A DNA stretch of 64,000 nt from Nemertoderma westbladi (Eukaryota > Animalia > Xenacoelomorpha), in NCBI GenBank assembly GCA_032718475.1, contig JAUCBJ010000071.1, positions 1 to 64,000 of the forward strand, written 5' to 3'. Under the pieces are notes generated by a model that was given only the letters and a program-made list of their open reading frames with translations, searched no databases and had not been told where the DNA came from. The translations under genes and the position numbers were made by a program. This document shows positions 1 through 11,447 of this stretch, one piece after another (within the stretch, counting starts at the first letter, position 1; every line of letters starts with the position of its first letter).

Positions 1-305
1 GTGATAACCGAAGGCAAACCGGCCTTTTATACTAGAAATTGCACATGGAAACTAAACAGAAATTTCCACAGCTTCACAATCGAGCAATGAAGTACGTCGT
101 GCCCTATGATTGGCCCAGCTCATCGTTCAACGCAGTCCGGCCCTTACACTAATCAGGGACATGGAATCCTAACAGAATTTTCCACTGCCTCACATTTGAG
201 CAATAAGGTAATTTATGCCCTATGATTGGCCTGGCTCATTATCCGCTACGTTGTACGCTTCTCATTGGCCTACCAATTAGCACCTAAACGAAAATAAATG
301 GCCCC

Positions 306-387
306 AAAATACAAATTTCCCGACTGGGATTCGAACTCGTAACCTACGTAATGTAACCAACGCCTTAACCATCTGACCACTACGCCA
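306..387 (-). ncRNA. tRNA-like Pol III unit (SINE-head-like, not a canonical tRNA)
   Basis: On the minus strand: A-box-like TGGTCAGATGG (369-379), B-box GTTCGAATCC (about 327-336), then a T run; no convincing acceptor stem. Confidence 0.55.
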
Positions 388-547
388 CGAGAGTACCTAA
401 GGGTTTTATGTGTACAAATATAAATCGGCATATTACATTACTGTAATTTAATCAAATACGTCGGATTTTCAAAAGTTTTTACGCTAAAGTTAAACTACAA
501 ATGCTACCTTATAGTGAAATAATTCATCAACGTACGAAATACCCATC

Positions 548-3253
548 GTGGATCATCCAGAAATCATTTCAAACTTGGAGTTTCTTCCTGCAGTTGTTTT
601 CAGCGATATGAGTAAGATATATGATTTGCGTAGACATATTACTCAAAAGGTCGTGAACAACGTTCCACCTCATATCCAAGATTTTAAGGAACTGGATAGA
701 GCTGGTGCCGACATAGCTCCGAGTAATCTGAAAGGATATCTAACCAAGACGATTCGTTTATGGATTGGAATCGGAACCTTCGAGTCGGATACAGGTATTG
801 CCGCAGATTGGCGAGGTAAGGTTATTCGTTTCGATGAGGATAAGGATATAGAGAAGATTTGGCAACCTTCGGAAGAATTGTTGGATGAATGGACTAGGAC
901 GTTTAGATCGTTTCAGGAAAACGGTTATATGTTTTACGATAACGAGGGCGGCAGTCATCAGCAGAGTTTGACTTCTAAGACTATACAGATTAGAGCGGCG
1001 GACGGAGTTCTGCACGTTTTCAGTAGACAGAGGAGCGACAAACGAATGCCGATACCTCCAGCGAATACAAAGCGACACCATCTTATCACCGATATAGTAA
1101 AGAAGATGGACCAAGCTTGTAATATTGACGCTAGAATGCTACCGAAGATGGTAAGAAACATGATTTTAGATAAAACTGTTGTAAAGGTTGGATCAGGAGT
1201 AAGGGAGGATTTAATTAGCGACTTCGCCGGCATGACGGACAGCGATGACCGACTACCGACACCATACGTCGACACTCGACCTCTTATTCTGTGGTCTATA
1301 GAACAGGGATATTTTCGTGAGTATAATACTCAGAAGACTGGAACTGGATACATTTCCTACCTATTATTCAATTGGGATTATAAGGAAGGTAAAAGAAACA
1401 AGTATATTGAAACTTATGGAGAAGGTGATACTCCAGATATGAGTGAGTTTGAATCACAGCTTAAATGGAGAGGATGCGTGTATTGGGCTATTACGTCACC
1501 TCCAAGAGCGGTCTTACAATATTATTTAGCGATAGAGTCGTCAGTGAATGTTTGCCTAATCGCCGACATTGTGTCTCGGACTCTCAAAAGACATCCACTT
1601 TGTCTCGGAGAAGATCATACGTTCTACATGGAAGGGAGAATTCGTACCGACGTGTTTAGACGATTCCTTGAACCCTTCTACAACTCCGACGCTCAGTGTA
1701 ATGCCTTTACTCGAGCAGGATTTAGCATATTTCGAGACGTGTATCTTCGCTGTGCGGGATCTCTTATCGAAAGACCATCTATGTTTACATTGTTACCCTA
1801 TGAAGGAGAACGTATTGTGGAAATTACGGATGAATCACGGCAGACGCGCGCGCCTATCGGTCACCTCGGTGATGATTTCAACGTAACTACTACGATCGCC
1901 GACGATCCTTTAGAGGAACTTCTTGAGATAGAAAGGAACCTCCCGAAGAAATCTCAGACGGAGATTCGACAACTTGAAGCAACAGATGCTATAGTTTGCA
2001 TACAACCTTCAGAAACCTACCAACCCATAGACCCAGATGATTACGATTATAGTGTGGGAGGAAGCGCTCGACCGATTGGAGATCTTATATACGAACGAGT
2101 GTGGTACCCTGCTAATACGATGTGTAGTAAATGTGGCGTCGCTGGACATCATATGGCAAAGTGCAGTGGAAAGCACATTACTACGACTCAGCTAATCTGT
2201 GGATGGTGTGGGGATCAAGGGTCTCATACCTTTTATACTTGCTGGAGATTTATGGCTCAATGTACTTACTGCAATATAAAGGGACATCGAGCATCTGAAT
2301 GCCAACTGAGAGATATACCTTATGAACACGAATCTGTAAAACTCGTGAGGAAGTTATTTGATGAGTGGGAAGATTTAGCCGATGAACATGTATCAGCACA
2401 AAGAAGACGGTTTCCGATGAGAGCGCATCTCGGATTTTGGGCGGTAAATCCCCAGACGATGATGTCGGAAGGATATATCTCCGCTATGCCCCAATATGAC
2501 GAACTTATCGAGGTTGTCGATATTTTGCCCCACGACAGCGGATTCCGAGTGGTGCGCGAGTATCTGTTACAGATTCACCCGGATAACAAAAACACGTGGA
2601 ATTTTCAGAAAGTCGTAAATCGTATCACGTATGGTGAATTTGATCGTTTCCGAACCGAAAAGCGGAATAAAGGAGCTTGGTTAACCGTCGCATGGGCGTA
2701 CCGAGCTGCGTTTTACCATAAACGTATACGAGCGAGCGTATTCGAGGAAGAAGAGGTCCTAGAGGCGACGAATATATCAGCCACTCCGGTTGCGCCGTCT
2801 GCACGTCACCCTCGGGAGGACGGGCAGGGTAGGATCATACGGGTCCAGAAGGTGGGCCAACAATTGAAGAAAATTATTAATGTGGAAGAACGCAAGGGAG
2901 TTGAGCCGACTATTCGAGTTACTCGGGATACGGTATCACTTCCAAGAGAACCGGTAGGAGGATCGGGACATACACCAGCTGATCAACAGGGGGCGCAAGC
3001 TACTCTTGGGTCTGCGTCGTCCGCTTCTCACGCGTTCCCAGACGTTCTACCAACTGTAGCGACAACTGATCGGTCACGAGGAATTGGTCGAGGTTTTGGG
3101 ATGCCAAACAGACGAATTTGCGAGGAAATAGTTGCACCGTCTCTCAACGTCCCAAGTAAACCAGTGACTCGCCCCATTAGTCCCATATCGCGAGCAAAGT
3201 CACCTGTGCGCAGTTTTCGAGGACGCGGCAGGGCTCGATCAACTAAGCGATAA
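548..3253 (+). CDS. Unclassified protein with a DEDDy 3'-5' exonuclease-like domain, 3 CCHC zinc knuckles and a low-complexity RG-rich tail
   Basis: 901-aa open frame. FYDNEG (ExoI DxE), IQIRAADG, LPKMVRNMILDKTVVKVGSGVREDL (WRN/EXD-like ExoII), YYLAIES (ExoIII-like). Knuckles CSKCGVAGHHMAKC, CGWCGDQGSHTFYTC, CTYCNIKGHRASEC. Start uncertain (GTG at 548, first in-frame ATG at 608). Confidence 0.7.
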   Translation: MDHPEIISNLEFLPAVVFSDMSKIYDLRRHITQKVVNNVPPHIQDFKELDRAGADIAPSNLKGYLTKTIRLWIGIGTFESDTGIAADWRGKVIRFDEDKDIEKIWQPSEELLDEWTRTFRSFQENGYMFYDNEGGSHQQSLTSKTIQIRAADGVLHVFSRQRSDKRMPIPPANTKRHHLITDIVKKMDQACNIDARMLPKMVRNMILDKTVVKVGSGVREDLISDFAGMTDSDDRLPTPYVDTRPLILWSIEQGYFREYNTQKTGTGYISYLLFNWDYKEGKRNKYIETYGEGDTPDMSEFESQLKWRGCVYWAITSPPRAVLQYYLAIESSVNVCLIADIVSRTLKRHPLCLGEDHTFYMEGRIRTDVFRRFLEPFYNSDAQCNAFTRAGFSIFRDVYLRCAGSLIERPSMFTLLPYEGERIVEITDESRQTRAPIGHLGDDFNVTTTIADDPLEELLEIERNLPKKSQTEIRQLEATDAIVCIQPSETYQPIDPDDYDYSVGGSARPIGDLIYERVWYPANTMCSKCGVAGHHMAKCSGKHITTTQLICGWCGDQGSHTFYTCWRFMAQCTYCNIKGHRASECQLRDIPYEHESVKLVRKLFDEWEDLADEHVSAQRRRFPMRAHLGFWAVNPQTMMSEGYISAMPQYDELIEVVDILPHDSGFRVVREYLLQIHPDNKNTWNFQKVVNRITYGEFDRFRTEKRNKGAWLTVAWAYRAAFYHKRIRASVFEEEEVLEATNISATPVAPSARHPREDGQGRIIRVQKVGQQLKKIINVEERKGVEPTIRVTRDTVSLPREPVGGSGHTPADQQGAQATLGSASSASHAFPDVLPTVATTDRSRGIGRGFGMPNRRICEEIVAPSLNVPSKPVTRPISPISRAKSPVRSFRGRGRARSTKR

Positions 3254-3274
3254 AAGGGAGGGCAAGGGTGGACG

Positions 3275-3910
3275 GAAGACTCGTGAGCCTTTCTTATGAT
3301 TTGTGATTTATTTGAATTATATGTTTTATATTTAGAAAATTTTTTAGAAGGAACTTATATTTGAAAGATTTATGTTTCATATTTGAGATGCAAAGGTTTA
3401 TATTATTCTAAACTTATGCAGTTTATATCTATATTTAGTAAGACTACCCAAAGAGAGTTTATATTTGTAAGAATTTATATTTTATATTTGTAATTATTCC
3501 GAACTTATACAATTTATATTATTCCAAACTTATGCAATTTGTATTGTTCCGAATATTATGCAATTTATATTTTATAAGTAGTATTTGTACCTAAAGAGAA
3601 AGTTTTATAGACAGAAAATTTTGTGCTCAGAAAGACTCATATTTGTAATTATTCCAAACTTATGCAATCTACATTTAGGTACGAAAGTATTTGTAATTAC
3701 TTGAATTTATGCAGTATTTGAGATACAATAGTAGATGGAAGACTTGCGAGCCTTTCTTATTGTTTTCATTTATTTGTATTTGTAATTGTTTGAATTTATG
3801 CAATATCTGAGATGCAATAGATTTATATTGGTGAATTTAATTTAGATTTATATTGTACTTACTTAGTAAAGCCTTAAATACGTAAAGTTTGAATTTGTAA
3901 TTATTTTTGT
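3275..3910. repeat. Degenerate AT-rich tandem repeats
   Basis: Recurring TTATGCAATTTATAT and TTTGTAATTATTCC motifs; GGAAGACTyGyGAGCCTTTCTTAT occurs at about 3274 and 3737. Confidence 0.55.
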
Positions 3911-4180
3911 ATCGAATCATTACGTAGAAAGGAAGTATTGTTTGAAACTTAATTGTAAATATGTAAGTACGCCCTAAGTATTCTATAGTTTGATTGATTA
4001 TTGGTGAAAACCGTATATTTTATGCACGATAATATCCTGTTTTCATGGAGCGGTATAGAATTATATTCCCTAAAATGCCGTGGATTTTCAAAATTTTATT
4101 TTATTCGAATTAACTTTGTAAAGATTGCTTTGAGTTCTCATTAGTATTGGTTCTATCTATTATGCATCTATCGGTCAAGT

Positions 4181-4267
4181 GGTTCAGTAGCTCAGTTGGT
4201 AGAGCGTTGGAAATTATATGTGTAGTAGGTATCGAGTTCGAATCCTAGTAAGTGCGAATTATTTTTT
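4181..4267 (+). ncRNA. tRNA-like Pol III unit (SINE-head-like)
   Basis: A-box TAGCTCAGTTGG (4188-4199), B-box GTTCGAATCC (4236-4245), T6 terminator (4262-4267); the acceptor stem does not pair. Confidence 0.6.
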
Positions 4268-4319
4268 GTGCAGAATTTCAACTCATTTAAATTAACCGCT
4301 ACAAATTAATTGCATTTGT

Positions 4320-4510
4320 CTGTACCAATAAGGCTGTAGTTATTTGATTGTAACCAATGTCGTGCAAGTTATATATTAGCTGGACCAATAGCTATCTTTA
4401 AAACCTTGTTAGAATCCATAGAACAATCGAGAATTTTCTCGATTGATTGCGGCACAAATTTAGTATATAAAGGTGCGATTTGTTCATTAGTCATCACACT
4501 CACTTCAATT
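4320..4510 (+). promoter_or_regulatory. Pol II promoter-like module (three CCAAT boxes at about 30-bp spacing, then TATA)
   Basis: CCAAT at 4325, 4354 and 4385; TATATAAA at about 4464; Inr-like TCA about 30 bp downstream; AATAAA at about 4580. Confidence 0.45.
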
Positions 4511-5961
4511 TCCATCATTCACTTTCTGTCTTATTTCAGATTACATTGTTTATTGTATAATAGTTATTATATGTTTTGTAATAAAGTCAGAAATACTAGT
4601 CACATCTCTCAGCCTTTCTATCTGTTTTAATATGGTTTCACTACGGTGAACAAACTCAGGGACAGGATGGCCAGCTAGAGATCGGGCCGCAGCAATGAAC
4701 GGGAACATCACGGGAATGTAGACGAGAGACAACCCGCAATACCATCTAGTGTTATTCGCCCATCGCCTGAAAGGTTAGACAGCGTTCGATCCTTGCTACC
4801 TAAGTATAAGACCAAAAGATCAAGAGGTAGAAGTAGTGACACGCTGCAAGCCTAAAATTACATCATAGGGACTGTACTGTTTTGATTCAGGAAAAAACCG
4901 CAGTAGACCTTCATATTCCTACGGGAGGGAGAGAGCGCAGATACTAGTACGCAGATAGGACGTAGGCACCGGTACAAGGCATACACATTGGTTAGGGTGC
5001 AGCAAACTGTACGCTTAACTCTTGCTAAGTACAGGTGTGTGCGACTATTTGCAGTACGACCGTGTCTATTACATCAGAACTTGTAGGCTAGGGGGTTGCT
5101 GTGTTTTCACCTGAATTGGGATTGTACCGTTCAGGCGGTAGGGCAGTTTACGCTAGGCGCAAATAAATTGAGGCTATCAGGGATATACTAACATCTACCG
5201 TGTCCCCTCCAACGCCCTGATAGGAAGTTACCTGGACTACCTGGGTGACTAAAATTCTAGATAGGAGCCAGGATAGCTATTAGTACCCGTACGCCTACAG
5301 TAGTAAACTAACACATCTCTTCTTAGTATCAGGGACCTGGTACCTAAAATTGCCGAATTCTGGGCGTAGTATTAACCTTATGCCTGAATTTGAGTCCTGG
5401 AAATACGCAAGAGGGGAAGGAACCTTATCATTCGTGAGTATTGGACCTACAAGTTATAAAATTAGAATATTCGTAAAATGCACACCGTACCCAGTAATTA
5501 TATATGTGAAGGAGCAAAACTGCTTTGACCGTTCAGAATTAACACACGCGCGTTAGAAATTATTTACACCTCAAAATATATAAAATTAACTTTCGTCCTT
5601 ACTGCACTTTGCTCGCTAGTTAGCCATCTCCAAATCTGCTCTATACCTAGCTAGCGTCCCTTTGCCCAACCATATAAATCACACCGCGGCAAAGTATACG
5701 AGCCCCTTAGTCCGTCAGTGAGTCAGCCTGATTTTAGGATTCGCTGCGCGGGATTTTGTTTTATCGAAGTTTGTCTGCTCGTAGACTGTTTTCTGCCTCA
5801 CCGGTTAAAAGAGATCGATACTGCAATATATTCGCTTACTTGGGGTTTACTGTTTTGGTGAGAAGGTCGGATTTATGATTTGATTTACAAACTTTACAGT
5901 AGGATATTGCAGGTATTGTTACCGTCTCTTCCGATAGTAGGAATAGGCGTATCTCTCCAAT

Positions 5962-8900
5962 TTAGGCATTCCTTTAGGAAACAGAGTGGAAGGGTTTATT
6001 GTGGAAGATCACCCATGGTGGTGAACAGGCATTCCTTTGGGAAACAGAGTGGAAGGGTTTACTGCGGAAAATCACCCTTGGTGGTGAATAGGCATTCCTT
6101 TAGGAAACAGAGTGGAAGGGTTTATTGTGGAAGATCACCCATGGTGGTGAACAGGCATTCCTTTGGGAAACAGAGTGGAAGGGTTTGCTGTGGAAGATCA
6201 CCCATGGTTCTGAACAGGCATTCCTTTAGGAAACAGAGTGGAAGGGTTTACTGTGGAAGATCACCCATGGTGGTGAACAGGCATTCCTTTGGGAAACAGA
6301 GTGGAAGGGTTTATTGTGGAAGATCACCCATGGTGGTGAACAGGCATTCCTTTAGGAAACAGATTGGAAGGGTTTATTGTGGAAGATCACCCATGGTGGT
6401 GAACAGGCATTCCTTTGGGAAACAGAGTGGAAGGGTTTGCTGTGGAAGATCACCTATGGTTCTGAACAGGCATTCCTTTAGGAAACAGAGTGGAAGGGTT
6501 TACTGTGGAAGATCACCCATGGTTCTGAACAGGCATTCCTTTGGGAAACAGAGTGGAAGGGTTTATTGTGGAAGATCACCCATGGTTCTGAACAGGCATT
6601 CCTTTAGGAAACAGAGTGGAAGGGTTTATTGTGGAAGATCACCCATGGTGGTAAACAGGCATTCCTTTAGGAAACAGAGTGGAAGGGTTTATTGTGGAAG
6701 ATCACCCATGGTGGTGACAGGCATTCCTTTGGGAAACAGAGTGGAAGGGTTTACTGTGGAAAATCACCCTTGGTGGTGATTAGGCATTCCTTTAGGAAAC
6801 AGAGTGGAAGGGTTTGCTGTGGATGATCACCCATGGTTCTGAACAGGTATTCCTATGGGAAACAGAGTGGAAGGGTTTACTGTGGAAGATTACCCATGGT
6901 GGTGAACAGGATTCCTTTGGGAAACAGAGTGGAAGGGTTTGCTGTGGAAGATCACCCATGGTGGTGAGCAGGCATTCCTTTAGGAAACAGAGTGGAAGGG
7001 TTTACTGTGGAAGATCACCCTTGGTGGTGAATAGGCATTCCTTTAGGAAACAGAGTGGAAGGGTTTATTGTGGAAGATCACCCATGGTGGTGAACAGGCA
7101 TTCCTTTGGGAAACAGAGTGGAAGGGTTTGTAGTGGAAGATCACCCATGGTGGTGAACAGGCATTCCTTTAGGTAACAAGGTGGAAGGGTTTACTGTGGA
7201 AGATCACCCTTCGTGGTGAATAGGCATTCCTTTAGGAAACAGAGTGGAAGGGTTTGCTGTGGAAGATCACCCATGGTTCTGAACAGGTATTCCTTTGGGA
7301 AACAGAGTGGAAGGGTTTACTGTGGAAGATTACCCATGGTGGTGAACAGGCATTCCTTTGGGAAACAGAGTTGTAGGGTTTGTAGTGGAAGATCACCCAT
7401 GGTGGTGAACAGGCATTCCTTTAGGTAACAAGGTGGAAGGGTTTACTGTGGAAGATCACCCTTCGTGGTGAATAGGCATTCCTTTAGGAAACAGAGTGGA
7501 AGGGTTTGCTGTGGAAGATCACCCATGGTTCTGAACAGGTATTCCTTTGGGAAACAGAGTGGAAGGGTTTACTGTGGAAGATTACCCATGGTGGTGAACA
7601 GGCATTCCTTTGGGAAACAGAGTGGGAGGGTTTGCTGTGGAAGATCACCCATGGTGGTGAACAGGCATCCCTTTAGGAAACAGAGTGGAAGGGTTTACTG
7701 TGGAAGATCACCCTTGGTGGTGAATAGGCATTCCTTTAGGAAACAGAGTGGAAGGGTTTATTGTGGAAGATCACCCATGGTGGTGAACAGGCATTCCTTT
7801 AGGAAACACAGTGGGAGGGTTTATTGTGGAAGATCACCCATGGTGGTGAACAGGCATTCCTTTGGGAAACAGAGTGGAAGGGTTTACTGTGGAAAATCAC
7901 CCTTGGTGGTGAATAGGCATTCCTTTAGGAAACAGAGTGGAAGGGTTTGCTGTGGAAGATCACCCTTCGTGGTGAATAAGCATTCCTTTAGGAAACAGAG
8001 TGGAAGGGTTTGCTGTAGAAGATCACCCATGGTTCTGAACAGGTGTTCCTTTGAGAAACAGAGTGGAAGGGTTTACTGTGGAAGATTACCCATGGTGGTG
8101 AACAGGCATTCCTTTGGAAAACAGAGTGGAAGGGTTTGCTGTGGAAGATCACCCATGGTGGTTAACAGGCATTCCTTTAGGAAGCAGAGTGGAAGGGTTT
8201 ACTGTGGAAGATCACCCTTGGTGGTGAATAGGCATTCCTTTAGGAAACAGAGTAGAAGGGTTTGCTGTGGAAGATCACCCATGGTTCTGAACAGGCATTC
8301 CTTTAGGAAACAGAGTGGAAGGGTTTATTGTGGAAGATCACCCATGGTGGTGAACAGGCATTCCTTTGGGAAACAGAGTGGAAGGGTTTGCTGTGGAAGA
8401 TCACCCATGGTTCTGAACAGGCATTCCTTTAGGAAACAGAGTGGAAGGGTTTACTGTGGAAGATCACCCATGGTGGTGAACAGGCATTCCTTTGGGAAAC
8501 AGAGTGGAAGGGTTTATTGTGGAAGATCACCCATGGTGGTGAACAGGCATTCCTTTAGGAAACAGAGTGGAAGGGTTTATTGTGGAAGATCACCCATGGT
8601 GGTGAACAGGCATTCCTTTGGGAAACAGAGTGGAAGGGTTTGCTGTGGAAGATCACCTATGGTTCTGAACAGGCATTCCTTTAGGAAACAGAGTGGAAGG
8701 GTTTACTGTGGAAGATCACCCATGGTTCTGAACAGGCATTCCTTTGGGAAACAGAGTGGAAGGGTTTATTGTGGAAGATCACCCATGGTTCTGAACAGGC
8801 ATTCCTTTAGGAAACAGAGTGGAAGGGTTTATTGTGGAATATCACCCATGGTGGTAAACAGGCATTCCTTTAGGAAACAGAGTGGAAGGGTTTATTGTGG

Positions 8901-10827
8901 AAGATCACCCATGGTGGTGACAGGCATTCCTTTGGGAAACAGAGTGGAAGGGTTTACTGTGGAAAATCACCCTTGGTGGTGATTAGGCATTCCTTTAGGA
9001 AACAGAGTGGAAGGGTTTGCTGTGGAAGATCACCCATGGTTCTGAACAGGTATTCCTTTGGGAAACAGAGTGGAAGGGTTTACTGTGGAAGATTACCCAT
9101 GGTGGTGAACAGGATTCCTTTGGGAAACAGAGTGGAAGGGTTTGCTGTGGAAGATCACCCATGGTGGTGAGCAGGCATTCCTTTAGGAAACAGAGTGGAA
9201 GGGTTTACTGTGGAAGATCACCCTTGGTGGTGAATAGGCATTCCTTTAGGAAACAGAGTGGAAGGGTTTATTGTGGAAGATCACCCATGGTGGTGAACAG
9301 GCATTCCTTTGGGAAACAGAGTGGAAGGGTTTGTAGTGGAAGATCACCCATGGTGGTGAACAGGCATTCCTTTAGGTAACAAGGTGGAAGGGTTTACTGT
9401 GGAAGATCACCCTTCGTGGTGAATAGGCATTCCTTTAGGAAACAGAGTGGAAGGGTTTGCTGTGGAAGATCACCCATGGTTCTGAACAGGTATTCCTTTG
9501 GGAAACAGAGTGGAAGGGTTTACTGTGGAAGATTACCCATGGTGGTGAACAGGCATTCCTTTGGGAAACAGAGTTGTAGGGTTTGTAGTGGAAGATCACC
9601 CATGGTGGTGAACAGGCATTCCTTTAGGTAACAAGGTGGAAGGGTTTACTGTGGAAGATCACCCTTCGTGGTGAATAGGCATTCCTTTAGGAAACAGAGT
9701 GGAAGGGTTTGCTGTGGAAGATCACCCATGGTTCTGAACAGGTATTCCTTTGGGAAACAGAGTGGAAGGGTTTACTGTGGAAGATTACCCATGGTGGTGA
9801 ACAGGCTTTCCTTTGGGAAACAGAGTGGGAGGGTTTGCTGTGGAAGATCACCCATGGTGGTGAACAGGCATTCATTTAGGAAACAGAGTGGAAGGGTTTA
9901 CTGTGGAAGATCACCCTTGGTGGTGAATAGGCATTCCTTTAGGAAACAGAGTGGAAGGGTTTATTGTGGAAGATCACCCATGGTGGTGAACAGGCATTCC
10001 TTTAGGAAACAGAGTGGGAGGGTTTATTGTGGAAGATCACCCATGGTGGTGAACAGGCATTCCTTTGGGAAACAGAGTGGAAGGGTTTACTGTGGAAAAT
10101 CACCCTTGGTGGTGAATAGGCATTCCTTTAGGAAACAGAGTGGAAGGGTTTGCTGTGGAAGATCACCCTTCGTGGTGAATAGGCATTCCTTTAGGAAACA
10201 GAGTGGAAGGGTTTGCTGTGGAAGATCACCCATGGTTCTGAACAGGTGTTCCTTTGAGAAACAGAGTGGAAGGGTTTACTGTGGAAGATTACCCATGGTG
10301 GTGAACAGGCATTCCTTTGGAAAACAGAGTGGAAGGGTTTGCTGTGGAAGATCACCCATGGTGGTTAACAGGCATTCCTTTAGGAAGCAGAGTGGAAGGG
10401 TTTACTGTGGAAGATCACCCTTGGTGGTGAATAGGCATTCCTTTAGGAAACAGAGTAGAAGGGTTTGCTGTGGCAGATCACCCATGGTTCTGAACAGGCA
10501 TTCCTTTAGGAAACAGAGTGGAAGGGTTTATTGTGGAAGATCACCCATGGTGGTGAACATGCATTCCTTTAGGAAACAGAGTGGAAGGGTTTATTGTGGA
10601 AGATCACCCATGGTGGTGAACAGGCATTCCTTTGGGAAACAGAGTGGAAGGGTTTGCTGTGGAAGATCACCCATGGTTCTGAACAGGCATTCCTTTAGGA
10701 AACAGAGTGGAAGGGTTTACTGTGGAAGATCACCCATGTTGGTGAACAGGCATTCCTTTAGGAAACAGAGTGGAAGGGTTTACTGTGGAAGATCACCCAT
10801 GGTGGTGAACAGGCATTCCTTTGGGAA
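5962..10827. repeat. 63-bp satellite array (about 77 monomers) with higher-order structure
   Basis: Unit AGGCATTCCTTTrGGAAACAGAGTGGAAGGGTTTryTGTGGAAGATCACCCATGGTGGTGAAC; rare variants recur at +2203 bp. Confidence 0.97.
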
Positions 10828-11447
10828 CTACTACTAGGATCGGCATGCTGCATTGCAGCTGCATTTTTAAGAATGCTGTGCCGGCTTGTCAACAAAATTG
10901 CACCGCCACCCTACTATGCATCAGGTTCGTTATTCCGCTCCATTGTGGACCCCACCACCTCAACTTTCCACGCCTATGCAATCTAAACAGTTGATGCCTA
11001 ACAATGGTTGGCAAAGTCCTGGATATACTACATTGATGCGTCCCTCAACGCCGACATATATCCACCACAGTCACTATAACCGGGGTCCAGTTAATCAATC
11101 TTTCAACCCATTTTCTATGGACAATGGAGAATCATTTCCTGTCACTCGAAGGCCAGTGACTTCGTCTACACCCTTCCATGATGGATGAATTGATAATGCT
11201 AGAGGTGAGGGAATTTCCATTAATGTAGACCCTTAAGTGCACGATGTAGTTCCAACAGTTGCCCAAAAGATGGCGTTGTTACGTGGGTTCCTTCCCGTCT
11301 TGTTTCTTTTAGTTTATCTGCTAGGAATAGTCCTACAAAGTTTGATGTGTCAAATATCCATACAATACCTTGCATGGGACTTCCCAAGCAGCGATTCGAC
11401 TGGCCGAAATTAAAACTCATTGGTCCCACTTGAAAATCTCGATCTCC

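Noticed and set aside
758-1886. Short overlapping or antisense ORFs (and similar ones over TE genes and NXF1)
   Set aside because: Shadow frames of longer coding sequences.
4181-4267. Functional tRNA gene (also 306-387)
   Set aside because: A and B boxes are present, but no acceptor stem or clear anticodon arm.
5962-10827. CRISPR-like array
   Set aside because: No unique spacers and no cas genes; eukaryotic context.
5880-10837. Long repetitive ORFs (RHSFRKQSGRVYCGRSPMVVN)n
   Set aside because: By-product of a 63-bp unit lacking stops in one frame; broken by indels and stops.
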